Origin: Takakia lepidozioides | Taxonomy: Eukaryota; Plantae; Bryophyta | Direction: 5' to 3' | Length of the DNA stretch: 64,000 nt | NCBI GenBank assembly: GCA_030704615.1 | Contig: CM060732.1 | Location: 30,504,001 to 30,568,000 of the forward strand | Shown here: in pieces, positions 24,901 to 39,900 of the stretch | Layout of the letters: each line of letters opens with the position of its first letter | How positions within the stretch are numbered: position 1 is the stretch's first letter | Notes under the pieces: generated by a model | The model's input: only the letters and a program-made list of their open reading frames with translations | Databases searched by the model: none | Told to the model about the DNA's origin: nothing | Translations under genes and position numbers: made by a program

Positions 24901-27900
24901 AAAATCTCCAAGTGAGATTGAGGAAATGGCTAAGGTTCCATATCAGCAAGCCATGGGATCTCTGATGTATGCAATGATTGGCACCAGGCCAGACATTGCC
25001 TATGCAGTGGGAATGCTTAGTAAGTTCATGCACAACCCAGGACCTCAGCATTGGAAAGCACTCAAGAGGGTGATTAGATATTTGAAAGGGACTGCGGATA
25101 CATGTCTAACTTACAACAAGCAGGACACTGGAGCATCACTAGAAGGATACAGTGATGCAGATTGGGCAGGAGACACAGATGAGAGGAGATCCATATCTGC
25201 CTACTGCTTTGTAATGAGTGGAGGTGCTGTGAGCTGGAGCAGCAAAAGACAGCAGACCACTGCTCTATCCTCGACTGAGTCAGAGTATATGGCTCTGACT
25301 CATGCAGCTAAAGAAGCCATTTGGATTCGAAGGCTTCTTGGTGAACTTGGCTTCAGTCAAGAACAGCCAACGAAAGTGCATGCTGATAACAGGAGCAGCA
25401 TTGAGCTGAGCAAGAATCCTGTTCATCATGCCCGGACCAAGCACATAGATATCAAACATCATTTCATTAGAGAAATGATTGGTTTGGAGATTGTGTTGGT
25501 TTACTGTAGGACTGAGGACATGGCAGCTGATGCACTCACAAAGGCTCTATCCAAAGAAAAGCATTCTAGATGCATGGAACTGATTGGGTTAAGCCTCAAT
25601 CCTCGCTGAGTGGGAGTGTTAGAAGTCAGCTCAGATTTAGTTAGCTAGGGTTCGGTTAGGGTTTTTTGACGGCTAGGGATAGTTCTACCAGAAGGTTCCA
25701 GCCACCAGAAGTTTCTAGAGAACTCATGTAGGATTTAAGGGAAAGGCTGAGGCAATGCCCAGCACTTCTTCTAGCATTTTGGATGTGCTATCCTAGTAGA
25801 TTGCAGAGAGAGGAGGAGGAGAAGTCCAGCATCTACTTTTGTAAGTTCTTTCTTTTGCAGTAAGGAGCATTCTTGTTAGGACTGACACTTCTTGTTAGTG
25901 CTAACTCTTTGGTTGGTTTAGGCTGTCAGTTTTTGTACTGCTGCTTGTGCTAGAAGCTATCTGTCAATATCTCTAGGAGGTAGAGGACAGGTCTAGTTTC
26001 CAACAGAAAGAAGGATGTTCTAGCATCTCCGCTACTTGTGGTTGACAACTTGCAATCGTGGTCTATCTCAATGTTGCCACCACTTGAAATGACAATGAAG
26101 TTCAAGTTACCTTTTCATTGATTAGTTGCATAACAACATCACGTGCATGCACATCAATCACAATGAGAGCTCCAAGTGTGAGCCTGGCTAAAATCGACAA
26201 TGGTTTACGAACAAGGTCGGTCAGACCATTCAATTGTTCCACCTGTAAAAGCACCAACACATGTGGTTACTTGGTGGGATTATAGACCATGTTCTTCAAA
26301 GAATAAAGGATTGCAACAACACCTAAACTTCTTCAAAATTAGAAAGATGGAATGCGAAAGGAACTCAATGGCAACAAACTGAAGCATCCTAAAGAATATT
26401 TAATCTCCAATTCTATGACTTCCTCGCAACAAGTCACCTTTCATGAATGTGAAAAAAGAGATGTCTGATTTCAAGTTTTACTTCCAGCTTGAACTCCCAA
26501 ATAAGTAGACTACTGACTTGAACATTATCAAAAAAGTCCGGCATGGATGCTGTGTTAATGGCTCGTTCCACGCCTTCTGTCCAGTACACTGAGCTTCCAG
26601 CAAGCACCACCTGGCCTGCCCATTCTTGCACCCACTGTGTCCGTGGAGTTTGTTTGTAGGCCGTAAGCGCCAATTTGATCTACAAACAAAGCACATAGAT
26701 CAGCTGCCTTGTTACATATCAATTCAGGTCCCAACAGATTCCTGGCTCTTTGCTCATAGCGAAAATCAACAAAAGGGGCACAGCATCACAAAGCTCCTGT
26801 CAACAACAATTCCAGATTTCAAGATTCTAGAAAAGAAGAGCTAGAAGTATCATATGCCTCAGATGCAGTCCCAACATACCTGTTGTAGAATGCTTTCTTT
26901 CATCCTCTGCTCGACTTGACTTAGCCAGTTTTCCACATTTCCAATAGGGCTCATACTCTGTGGAAAAGGAACCTGCCATCACATCCAGGAGGACACAGTA
27001 AGAATACAACGCTTATTAGACGGGAGTTGATGGAACTTCATGTTAGGCGGCCCTGGAAAACAGAGAATCTCACAACAAAGCTGCAGGTCTATCACAATAC
27101 CTTCCTCCTCCACAATGATATAATCTTACGTCCCAATTACTGTCTGCAACTTCATTTCCATCTCTTCTCTAGGCATTGAGAAGGTTCAGCGTGAGGTTGC
27201 ACAGCCTGCAGATAGAAACTGGAAGATGGGCTGCAGTAGTGATGTCAGAGGGGATATTGAAACTGAACAACATTTCTTCTTTCCCTGGGCATCACTTCAT
27301 GTATCCCGGAATGATTATTTCTTTGTTCTACCCTGTCACATAGGCCCGCATGACCCCCTGTGGACGTCATAAAGTTACTCCCCAAGCCAATCTCCCTTTC
27401 CCATAAGGGCATTGGATATATCGGGGTTACAGAGTGAATTCATCAAGCACACAGCAACGACTGTGGCTCCATTTATAGCACATCTCTTCAATGAAGCTGT
27501 GCAACATGGCTTTCCAACAGAGTGGACAAAGAGCATCATCCACCCCCTCTTCAAGAGTGGTGGCAGGCTCATACCGACCAACTATCCCACAATTATGGTG
27601 TCTTCGTTGCTGGCTAAAGTGTTTGGGGCAGTAGTGGCCATGGAACTGGATGATTGGGCTGAATCCTCTCACGTGCGTGCTATGGGCAAGCAGGCTTCCG
27701 CTGCAACAATCCACTCTTGACCACATTTTCACCCTTCAGACTATGGTGGAACGTGCGAGCTATGACAAGAAAATGGTGTATGTTTGATTCTTAGACTTTT
27801 GAAAGGCTTCCAATTTGGTTCCTCGAGACCTTCTACAATGGCTCGATGGAGGTCCCTTCGGGCATCATATATGCCATCGTATCCATGTATGAGATTGTCA

Positions 27901-30900
27901 TTGGCATGGTCAAAGTGAATTCTCGGCAGAGATGCATAGCAACGTTGGGGTCAAACAGGGCTGCCCCCTCTCACCTGCCCTTTTCGGGATCTACATAGAC
28001 GCTCGGGAGGGTTACAGTACAAAAAAACCATGGAGTTGGAGTGCCTTTGGATGGGGGACCAACACAGTCAGCACTTCTCTATGCTGATGATGTTGCCCTC
28101 TTGGCACAATCTCCTGTCTTCCTACAATGCCATCTTCACATCCTGGAAAAATTCTCCAGAGACTATGGGTTGCAGGTCAACCTTAGCGAAACTACGATCG
28201 TGGTTTTCAACGGCCATGCGGACTGCAGATTCATTTTCAACCCAGGAAGTTGAGGTTGCCAAATCGTACCAATACCTGGGTCTGGCTATCCATTCACCCA
28301 AATTCCAGTTTACCTCAACTGCTTTGGAGAGATTGACAAAGGGCAAGGCTGCCTCCATCCGCTCAGGCCAAATGCAAACAGATACATCTGCGCCACCCCA
28401 ACCAAAAAGTGGCTATTTGACACCATTGCCAACCCGGCTGCCACTTATGGTTGTGATTTCTGGGCACCTGGTGTCCCAATTTGGGGAAAAAAACCCGGAA
28501 CCGCTGCAGCCATCTTTTCTCCAAGCAATGCTTGGCGCCAGAGGCACAACTCCATCTAACATCCTATGTGCAGACTTTGCATGCGTGCCACTTCGAACTG
28601 ACGCCCTCTTCCGGCTTACAATCTTTCTTAAAAGGTTACAAGCCCTTCCACCCAAGGGGTCGTGGCAAGAGCCCTCACAACATCTATTAGGCTCAAAACA
28701 GCAGGTTTCAAGCACTCCTGGTATGCTCGAGTGTGCAGTTTTTTTGAGCGCAATAGACTCTCTATTGCTTCGCTATTGCCACAAAATCCAGAAGGGGTGG
28801 AAATCACATCCAAACAGGATCGCAACAGTTAGAAGAGAACCCACGGAATAGACAGGGGAATCTCCCACGGATCTCACAATACAGAGGGCAATAAAAGACG
28901 AAGTGTTCTTCAGTTTCCAAACAGTCATCAGCATGGTCAAGGTTGCAGGGGAGTTCTCAGCAGAGGCGCACAGCAATATTGGGGAACAAAGGGGCTGCCC
29001 TCTCTCACCTACCCTATTTGGAATCTACATAGAGCTTAGGAATCTGTCCACAGCTCTATCTCCCTCCGCAATGTCTACTCAGTGCATCTCTCTTTCCAGA
29101 AGCAATATGGAAGGCCCCTTCACCATCAATCCTAATAGGTGATTCAAGACTTCACAGTGGTAGTGGCAACCCAGCCTGCTCTCCTCTCACCCACCCAGTA
29201 ACATCCCCCCTTGACTGCATCTATGGCAATAAGTCTCTGGAATCACAAAAGACCCTGTTTATCGTGCTTCTTTTGGTGCTCTAGTTACACTTGTCCAATG
29301 GAGCATCTGCCCCCCCCCCATGAATACTGCAAAACTCTTTCGTGATGGGAAAACCTGCAACGGGAGGACCGCCTATGTCCAGCTTGCATAGGGCGCAGCA
29401 AGGAAATTGAAACTGAAGAACACTTCTTCTTCTACTGCCCTCTATACTACGAGATCCGTGGGAGATTTCACTGTTTATTCAGTGGAACCCAAACTCTCAC
29501 TGATGTCTTTCACTATGAGGATCAAAAATGCGTGGCAGCCTACCTACACGAGGCCTTCACCCTTAGACAATCGCTAGAACATTAATTGTGGTTTCTGGTT
29601 TGTTCCTCTCTCATGTTTTCTTCCATTTTGTCCCATAAGCTCTACGAGCTTTCCGCGGATGTTATAAAGCACCATTTCATTTCATTTCATTTATTCTTCA
29701 TTTTCCTATACTCTATGCTATGAATCCACATATACAGACACTCTGCTGTCCCCTGACTTACCTTCTCTCCTTCCACAGAGTTCATGGCAGTAATCTCCAA
29801 ATCTGGCTTGAAGTCGAGCAAATCAATAGCCTCAAAGCACTTCCGCAAATGAGGTTGGACGGCCAAAGGATTTTTCGCCTGTGACAGAATCTGGAGCAGC
29901 TCATCATTGGAGAGGAAGAAGAAGCGGCTGAAAGCCAATCTCTTTGTCTCCAAATAGTCCGCCAGACCTTTTTGTACTAGATCAAGCAGCTGCAAACCCC
30001 CAAAAATAGTAAGACATAGCTCAACAATCTATGTGGTAACTAATCCAGACTGAACTGAAAAATCAACACCATGTCATGGTCTGCAGAGTAACCTACAAAC
30101 TCAAATAGTGCACAGTCCTTGCTGTCTACTTATGACAATGGAAGTACAGCTAGTGGCACCCTGAAGGGACGATAAACCAGCAAGGAAGGATTGATTTTCT
30201 ACCCACTTTGCTATTTTTCCATAGAAACGAAAAACTTTTACAGCGGCCCAATTTCAATAGTTTCATTTCAATGACTACTGGCGATTCGAAGAATGAGAGT
30301 ACACATATGAACCTGTCAATGCAGAGATACGAAAGAGTAACAGTACTATCTGAAAATGCCTCTGGTCAGACTGATCTAAGCGTGTTGTGCTCTTTACTCA
30401 TTGGATTTAGATGATGATATGGTGTAAGATATCCATGAGATCCGAGATGTTGCCACCTTTCTCCATCATGGTGAGAAAAAGAGAAAGATATAGACAGAGG
30501 TTAGAGGGAGACCCTGTTAGACTCTCTGAACTGTTCCAGCAGCTTCCTGCTCGAGCACATGGTGAGAATCGCTGGAGTAATGTTGGCCTGGGCAAGCGCT
30601 TTATGCCATATCATATTGACAGTCTCAAACCTTTTGCTCTCAACAGGTAGCTGAGTTTTGATGTCTTCACTGCTGAAAATGGGTTCCAGGTACATCCATT
30701 GCCGTTGCACCTTCAACCACTCATCTATAATCTCTGACACTAAAACCAATGAGGTCTCCCACTTGGCAATTTGATCTTCGAACGGCTTTTTGAAGGGGGA
30801 GAAACTCATTGACTGGGTCAGCACAATGTGATCATCCAGCTGCTGTAATGTGGCTTCTTCAATCTTCATAATGAATGTTCCAGTCTCCTTGTATGATTGG

Positions 30901-33900
30901 ATCTGGCCAGGTGCAAAGCAACGCACTTGAGTTCAGAGCATAGTTAATAAATTGTCTATTCTTCATAGCTACAGCAACTACCTCCTTCTCTATGATGTTG
31001 GACATTAAGCAGAGCCCTCCACAATCATTGACGGAAACAATCATTCTTTGCCAGCCTGTAATTTGGCTTCAAGTACCACCAATCACAATCTTCTACATTT
31101 TATTGTTGGGAGTTTCAAAAGTAGGGACCAGCACACCTCTGTATTCCTAGAAAAACAATTGAACTTGACTATCGAAGCAGCTGAAATGGAAATAATACCG
31201 GCATGCCTTTCACTCCAGCAACCATTTGTCAAAATAAGTCAAATCACATGCAACCTATGGTCATGGGCAAAGGGAATGCGAGGAATAAATATAGGACGTC
31301 AATTGGAGAGGTTGAGAATTTCTGGAGCATTGCATCACATTACCTGAAGCTCCAAACTCTTCCAGTCATCCTGCATCTTGTTTAAAGCCACTTCAATACC
31401 ATATTCTTTACTGGCCAGATCAGCTGCCTCTTGAATAGCCTCCAGGTGGTGCAAGAGACCCATATTGATTGCAGTCGTCAGTGTGAATTGTTCACTGGGG
31501 TGCACATCCATTTCCAGGGCAGATGAAATCTGGTCCCAATGTCGGTCCCGCATTCCCTGTTGGCGCATAGCAGCTATCAACGGCACATATGGTTTGAATT
31601 CACCCACCTGCGCCCATCTCCAAGATATCAGCCTCCCGAAGTTTTAAAGTATCTTTCTTTCAGCCTCCCATGCACTTCCAGCCTCTCTACGATGTCACCT
31701 ACCTACCTGCCTTCTTTCTTCTCCGGATCCAGTCCCTTACCAGCGGTTGGCCGCCTGTGAGAATGATACACACAACTCAACAGTTGGCGGCACAGGGATC
31801 GGATACCTGCTGGTTCTACCTGATGAGCAGATTCCTTGTTCACTACAATCTTGGCAACACTGGACCCACCCTTCAAACCTGTACTCCCGTAAAACAAGAG
31901 AAACAGGTTGATCAGGAAGATATCCAGAAGTTACTATGGTCAAAAAACATGGGGCCTCGCTCTCCAACTACAGAGACAAAATCTTAGAAATCAGGGACAA
32001 CCACATAATCATGCAGTCCTACCTTGTAAAAGAAATTTTCTGCAGCCCTCACCAGGTTCTTGGCAATTCCAAGTTGGCTCTCATGGGCTGCAGATTGAAA
32101 GGGAAAATGATCCAAACAACACAAAAGAGGCTACAATCTGCCCAGTCTGCACGTTGCGGGAAGTGAAAACAGACCACATCTTGCTTTTGCTTACCCTTAA
32201 AATCAAGGGAGCATGATGATTGACTGGTCTGCTCACCTTGCTTCTAGACCTACCTTCACCATGTGCAAATATCACGACGGAACAAAAGGGCTTTCTACTG
32301 AGAGATCTGAGAGACACTGTTTCCACTTTAGAGCTGCCTAATCTTTACAGGAGCATTTCAGAAATCTACCAAAGTGCCTTGCAGCCAATTTGCTTGGGAG
32401 GATCGCCTATGCCCAGTGTGCACCGGGCACAACCAGGAAATCGAAACTGAAACCCAATCTCTCACTGAAGTCTTCCATTATGAGGATCAGAAATGCTTGG
32501 CAGCTTTTCTGCACAAAGCTTTGAGCAGTAGTTGCTTTTGGGCTGCTTCTGGCTCCACTCTGTCTTTTATTCTAACTGTTTCTTGCTTTCCATTTGTCAC
32601 ATAAGCTCTTTGAGCTTTCTGCGGACGTTATAAAGTTTCATTTCTTTTCTTTTCTTTTGCTTGTTATTCGGCAAACTACACACAGCAGTTTGATGCTTGT
32701 GTAAAGGGATTTCTAGAGGATATCTGGAAAACTCGGATCAATTGTCTCTTCCAAGGTAAGTCATACTACCGGTCTCAGCCCCTGACAAAGGTAGTTTCTG
32801 TCCCTTCGTGTTTCGCTCAAACTGAGCGGGGGGTCAATGGCCACAATGCTATGGCAAACAACGTCTTATGAGTACATTCTTTTCTTTTGCTTTTGGGCTG
32901 CTCTCTCTCTTTCTTGTTTCTTTCTTCCTCTTGTCCCATAAGCTCTTTGACCTTCCAGCTGACATCATAAAGTACCATTTCATTTCAATTTTACACAAGA
33001 CTCTCCACCTAGCAGAAATGTTTGCTGTTGATTAGTGGTTTTTTGGCTGCCTGTTGAGAACCGCACATTCTTTCCTGCTTTCTTTTGTCCCATAAGCTCT
33101 TTCAGTTTTCAATGGACTTTATTCTTTCTCTCTTGGCGTTATAAAGCACCATTTCATTTCATTTCTCTTGGCATTATAAAGCACCTTTTCATTTCATTTC
33201 ATTTCATTTTCTTTCCTTGTCCTTTCTCCCTCTTCATTTCATTCTGTCAAATACGTCCTTCGGTCTTCCAGTTTTGAGAAAAGAAAACTAGCTACAGAGA
33301 ACCATGAACACACAGTGTCCGTCAGAGATAGGGTGGAAGGCATCATGCACAAAGACACTGCAAGAGAAGTCGTAATGAATACATCTCTCTCTAAGACCCA
33401 GCATCTCCAATAAAATCTGTAATGCTTGTGAACTGATATATTCAACTTCATCCACCCTGTCCACACCTACAGCAGGCAATGTCTTATCAACACAACTTTT
33501 GGAGAGGAAACCTAATGTCAAGTTTGTCCTGGGAACTGAATCTGCACCTGTTCACGAATCGTCTCACAGGAATTGGCCTGAGATGCCAACTCCCGCTTGG
33601 TGAATTCACGCTGATATTTGAATAAGCCTTTCCACCAGCCCATGACATTTCTCTCCACATCATCAGAGACCAGCATATCAAAGGGGTCATTCATCCAGCT
33701 TGCATATAGCCGTTTCCAATCATCAGCCGAAGTCCACAAGTAATGGAAAGGTTCAAATTGTTCAATTACCCGCTTCAGACGACTGTAGTCTGTAGCAGGA
33801 ATACCAAAAAGCATCTCCCTTGAATTGAAAAGGCGAGTGAGCTCCTCGGCTTTGCGTAGTCTGCCACGGATCTCGCGGGCTTCATAGGCTATTCGTTCAG

Positions 33901-36900
33901 CCTGCACAAATAATTTGTATACAATTGAAGAGAGCTTGTTAACTATTGTCATGTTCCAGGGGTCGCCTTCTCCAGCCATCCTCAAGGTAGATGTGGAGTA
34001 CAATGAGAAGATCTCTTATCATACTGGAAAGAGAAGAGAAGACATCAAATTACCCTAAAAGCAGGCTACTTTGTGGATGTTATAGATGAGCTCTCAGGAC
34101 TCCGAAAAACACTTGTGCACTTATTGGTCTAATGGTGAGGTGTTACCAAACCTGGTCAAGGTCTGTGAACTGCACAAAGGTGGTAACAACTGTATCCAAA
34201 CTTTCCATTGTATTGCCAAAGAGGGCCTGTTCTCCCTCCATTTCCTTTTGATAGCGATCGTTGTCAGCTGCCAATACCTTCATTGTCTTTTCCATTTGTT
34301 TCTCAATCTTTGCAGGCCAAGTCAACAACGTCCACTTCTGGGAGAAGTCACCGTCATTGAGAGGGAATTGCAACTCATCCAGTGCAATGTAGAAAATCTG
34401 CACTCCAAAACATAGTCATGTTGGTTTACTCACGAAAACCGTCTACTTCATTATCTGGCTGGTGGGGATCCACCCTTACAAGCTCAGATGCTTTTCAGTT
34501 CTTTTGTTCCCAATCTGTACAACTGCCAAAACCTCCCAAAGGAAAGCACGCAAAACTTTTCTTGTCTAAACAACAGTGAGTTGGCGAAACAATTGTCTGT
34601 ATTACACACACATAGATTGGAAACATTCAAAGTCGTGAAACTAGTACAAACCCAAAATGGAAAGCATGCAACCTACACTGTGTCTTATAAACATACAAAA
34701 GTTCACATCTGTGCTAGAATAATCATCGATTCGGAGTAAGATATCCTGCAATTTGCATGATTGACATCTCAATGTGGAACTCAATGGATACATTGCTTTG
34801 ACAGAACAAAAGCCAAATGTCTACATATACCTCAGTTTGATCAATTTCTCCCCTGAGCTCATTAATCTTCATTGGTAAGGTCAGCATGTAGTCTTTCATA
34901 GCAGCAACATCTTCTGGATTTTGTGTTTTTGTCTTCAGATATTTCTCAAAATCATCAAACTTATTCCCTATTTCCTGGCCCTGAAGCTTTGGTGTAGTCG
35001 AAATCATGTTTAACACTGCAAGTGCACAAATAAGTAAAACCTAGAGTTAGAGGAACGCTTAACAAGTCCATCGGGGACCAAAATATGACAGGAATCAAAA
35101 CACAATGAATTTTGTCTTGACACCCCTCAGTTCATATGATCTATTGGAAAGGAATGTATACCTAAGTCAGTAAGCTGCTGCTTCTTTGTAGTCAAAAAAA
35201 CTCGGATCTTCTTGCATGTGACTTGAAAGCAGCCGAAAGTAATGGAGTTTGGAATGCTGGACACAAAAACAAAAACTTGGAAGTTAAGAAAATCATGATT
35301 TAGGAATGGCTGTTTTCTTTTTTTCTCATGGTCCACACAGAATCACTCCAACCACAAGGGAAATGCAGCCAACTCCACATCTATAAAGAAAAGCCATTTA
35401 AATCAATTGTCACTCTCCCAGCACTACATCAGTGTAAGATTTGAGGCCCAGGGCCTCCAAAAAGACCTGAGCATTTTAGAGCTCAAAATTCATGTGGTTC
35501 AAGGAAAGGCATCCTGGCCCAGACAGGTGGAGCACGAAGCACTACATCCTTTTGGCCAAGTTTGACGCAGTCCCATTGGAGTTGGTGCCCCAGGTCAGGA
35601 ATATAACCTTCCTGGACTGCTCAGGCAGCTGCCAAGCCATTACCTGCCAGCCCGGGCACCAGCAGAAATACAGACACACAGATGTGCTGGTTCACCAGCA
35701 TAGTTGCTAGTTGTGGAGTTGCATAGTTGCTAGCTCCCATGTCCGTAAAACTATGCCCAGACAAGTTGCCACATCCGATCCTCCCCAAGGGACAAAATCA
35801 TACAGGAACAGGCTGATCCACGAGGGCCTTTGGAAGATCCATGTGATGAAGCCTCCAGACTGTCTGCTCACCCCAAAGTTCAGATTTTAACAGGATAGCC
35901 TCATTCACGTCAGAGATAAACCAATCCTGATCCCATACTACTTGTCCACAACATGCCATACATCACTTAGCAGGCCTTTGACAGTCTGCTTGCACAATCT
36001 CAACAACAACACAGGCGGATGGGATGATACACTATGTGAGAATAGAATCTGTACAACATCTCAGAGGTGAGACAGCACATCATTGCTATTTATCCTGCCT
36101 TATGCATTGTGAGATTCAACGGATATATAATTGTCTCTTCCAACACTGTTTGTCATTGGCACCATTACACAAATGCTGAGAAATGATCTCCACAATTCCC
36201 TCCATCTTTACGCAGCCATCTGATACAATAAAACGCTCCCGAAGAGAAACATGGAAATGAATCTATTACTTTGATTGACAGAGGCAACTTCAAGGAATCC
36301 AAGCACCACGTACAAAAGGAAACTGGTGTTTCTAAGGAATAGGCTGAAGAACCCTCAGACTGCCAACCTCTTATCCAAAACATCTGATTCAGCTCTGTGG
36401 GCGTGAACCTCTGCAAGCAGGTCCTTCAAAGGTGCTTTTCTACCCACTAAACTGGTCTTGTATGCTTTCACATCCGCTTTCAATAGCTCCTCAAATTTAC
36501 TAAACAGGTCCAGATACAACTGTGCAGACGTCGTTGCCTTCCTTATGGCCTCCTACAACACCAACCAAACGTCAATTTATCTTTTCAATTCTTAGAGAGG
36601 CAAATCAACAGCCAAAAAGCATATTGGTGACAAGCTCCCACTCGCTGAAAAATCTGCCTTCACACTTAAGCTGGCAATGCATGACCGATTGCTCCACCAG
36701 TCGCCCTAGCATTCTACCAAGACTTATACACAAATGACTAAAATGGGTGTTTTCATCTGCCTCAAGCTCTCATGTCTAACAACCTAGTGCAATCTCAACC
36801 CAGACTGTCCATCCAGAATACCTAAAGGAGTAACAGAGATGATTTCAAGGAAGCACAGGAAAGGGAAAAAAGCTCAGATTTTTGCTTGCAACACATACAC

Positions 36901-39900
36901 TGGCAAACATAAGAAGGGTAGAGTAAAACATAAACAGCTGCAAAGAGAAACAAGGAGATAACCTGCACACGGGCCTTGAGTGCACCAACTAATGGCTCCT
37001 GCAATTGGACAGCTCCAATGTTTGGAATCTTGCTCCATTTGAGTTTCTCCATGATGAAAGCTTCCAGCTCCGGAATGGTTTGTAGGGCTGTGATAGCGTT
37101 ATCAATCGCTTTGGTGGTTACATCCTCAAACTTTCTGATTACAGTGTTGTACTCAAAGACTCCACCTTCAGCAATAACAATCTCCAGAGCAAACAGGGGT
37201 GGCTTCTTAATCATCTGACACATGCAAATATCCATCAACCAATCAGAAATCTTTGACATTTTTCTTTCCTCTCCCTCCCCAGTGTATATTGTATCCTTCT
37301 TTTAGGCTCTTTGGGGCAGCAAGAAAAATTTTCTCTCACTCACTCTAGAACAAAGGTTATCAACCAAAATCCACAATCACAGCCTTGGCAAGCCAAAAAT
37401 GCTGCCAAAGCAAGCCAACAGAAAACTGTCTAGTCCTAATTTGCTTTCCCACAGGAAGAGAGGATGCCCAAGAATTTTCCTAACTCTCGGTTTGAGGAAA
37501 GGACACTTCAAATCGTCTCACTCTTCATCCAATCACCTGGAACTCGGAATCAAATGTAAAGATTTTGGTATCAGAGGTTGCAAGGTTGGAAGGAGTAGTC
37601 GGCAGGCAAATAAAGACGTACGTGCACAAAGTCCTTCATGGGCCATTCGCAAGTGACTTCATTGATGTTAATGACATCAACCCGTGGAGCACCAGTGTGT
37701 CGCTCAATGAAACGAGTGTACATTTCCAGCATCTCCTCGGTCAAATACCGCACGGAGTCTTCCATCATATACCGCACCATACGTAGATACCTTTTCATTT
37801 TGCTGCCTTGGTAGGCATCTAAGCTTGTCTCCTTCAAATTGAACCATCCCTTCCCTGTGTCCTTAAAGGAAGACTTTATTATGTTCTTCAGCAGCGTGGT
37901 CCAACTGTTTAAGGCATCACAGGCATTACTCAGCCAGCAGCGCAAGTATGGAGCCTTATGCCGCTATCAGATACCTATAGACATCTATCTTAGTAACTCA
38001 GGAAGAGAAAGAAACCCATGAAGTGCATGACCACAATCAATCTTGCCCAGCTGATCCCAAATCCACTGGAACGGAAGCCCCAAAACGGGCCCATGAAGTG
38101 TTCTCAACAACCGCCCTACAATTCATCAGGTTGCTCTTTTGGTGCTCAACAGCGCTTCATAAGGATGGCGGCTCGCCACCTTGCTGTGTATTTGCGTACT
38201 GCCCATGGATATTGGTCTCAACAACCACCCTACATTTCATCCGTATGAGCAATCAACCCATGAAACATAAACACAAGGAAAGAGGAAAAAATAGACCCAA
38301 AGAAATGAGCTAGGTGACTGATTGCCACAGCAAGAAAACCATGGAAAGTTAACAACAAAGGCATAAGGTCAAATTGTAACACAAACTAAGGCTCAAAATA
38401 AATAGGCAGGGCATGGCCAGCTCATTTTGAAGCCCAAGGCGGACTCTAGCCATCACATGTAGCAAACTGGAAGGAACTTAAGCCGTTCTAAAGTACAGCA
38501 ACCAAGATTGCGGAGGATGAAAAGAGGATTGGGGGTAAAATCCTCTGTAATGGAACCCACTGGCTGTAGAGTTCACAGAGGTGAGCCAAAACTCCCTCAG
38601 CTCAACAAGAGGAGAAGGCATCTCCCTTAACCATTCCCTGTCTGCAGAAGCATGAAAATATAAGCAAGTGAAAATGCCATCCAGATTAAATATAAGGAGG
38701 AAGTAGGAATTGTACCAGACGATTAATGAGGTTCCACCACTTCATGTCCATGAGTACATAGTAAACCCTTGTGGAAAACAGACAGAAAGTCAGGAGTTAT
38801 AAGGGTCCAGTAGAGAGAATGTACTCATAAGACTTTGTTTGCCGTAGCCTTGTGGCCATAGACCCTGTGCCCAGTTTGGACCAAACATAGGGAATAGAAA
38901 TGACCTTTGAGAGGGGCTCACTCCGGTAGTGAGACTTACCTTAGTAACGCCAAGTGGAGAGAGAAAGAGAGAACAAAAAAGGTTTACCTTTCTTTCAAAT
39001 GTGATGCAGCCTGTTCAGAAGTCTGAGTCTGCATTTGCTCAAATTCCTCTAACCTCAGACTCTTCGTATAGTGGACATTCAGAATTGTCAACTTCAGCAC
39101 TTTATCACACTCTGATCTGAGTTTTGAGGTTGCTATAATCACCTCAGGCCTTGTGAGACAAGATGTAAAGTAGAACTCACTTGACTTCTCTTCATAGTCA
39201 TAATCAGGGACAACTACTGTAGCAGACCTGAAGTAAACACCCAACACATACAAGGTGGGGATGATGTGAAGAGCAGTGCAGTGGCTGACCTACTGAGCAG
39301 CAGGCCATCTTTGCAGGGTGCCTACAAGACAATTCCAGTGTAGAGAATCACAAAAAGCACGACTCTCTTTAAATTTATTTCGTAGGATGAAGTTGCCATC
39401 AAGTCAATGCTACATTTGGAGAATCTGGAAGCTTGGACTGACTTTCATCATCAATGTAGGTCCACTATCAGAGAATTTGTAAGAGATGGTTGGTGGCTCC
39501 GTTTCTGCACCAATCTTACCCCTACTTTTCTACTCCAGGCAAAATGGGGTGGAGCAATAATGACCAAAGGCTATAGCAAGCTACCAATAGCTGCATCTCT
39601 CTCTCTTGTTGTCTTACTTTTCCCCCATGGGCCCTCAAGGTCTTCCCATTCCATTTTTCTACCTTGTCCCAATGGCTCTCATGCCCCTCTGTGCACATAC
39701 AAAGTTATAGAGTACCATTTCATTTCTTTTCTTTCCTTTTCTTTCTTTCTTTTCTTATTTCCCTGAGTACAAGAGGAAACACCCCACAACAACCTTTACA
39801 AGAAAGCATTGATCATGAACTTATAAAACAAGTATTTCAAGGAGCCCTTCCCCACTCTAGTAGCAAAGCCAAGTGAGAAACACTCATACAGCATACAAGA

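Larger units (their letters stand above)
21238..26005 (+). mobile_element. Full-length Ty1/copia LTR retrotransposon, frameshifted, in a dynein intron, antisense to the host gene
   Basis: 389-bp LTRs at 21238-21626 and 25617-26005 (TG...CA, about 6 substitutions by eye). Perfect GAAAG TSD. PBS GGTTATGGGCCCAC, PPT GAGTGGGAG. Domain order: gag zinc knuckle [49 protein letters not shown], RNase H DADWAG. Confidence 0.97.

Noticed and set aside
27375-27405. GKGDWLGE as a remnant of a missing dynein exon
   Set aside because: The real exon ([21 protein letters not shown]) is intact at 26972-26880.
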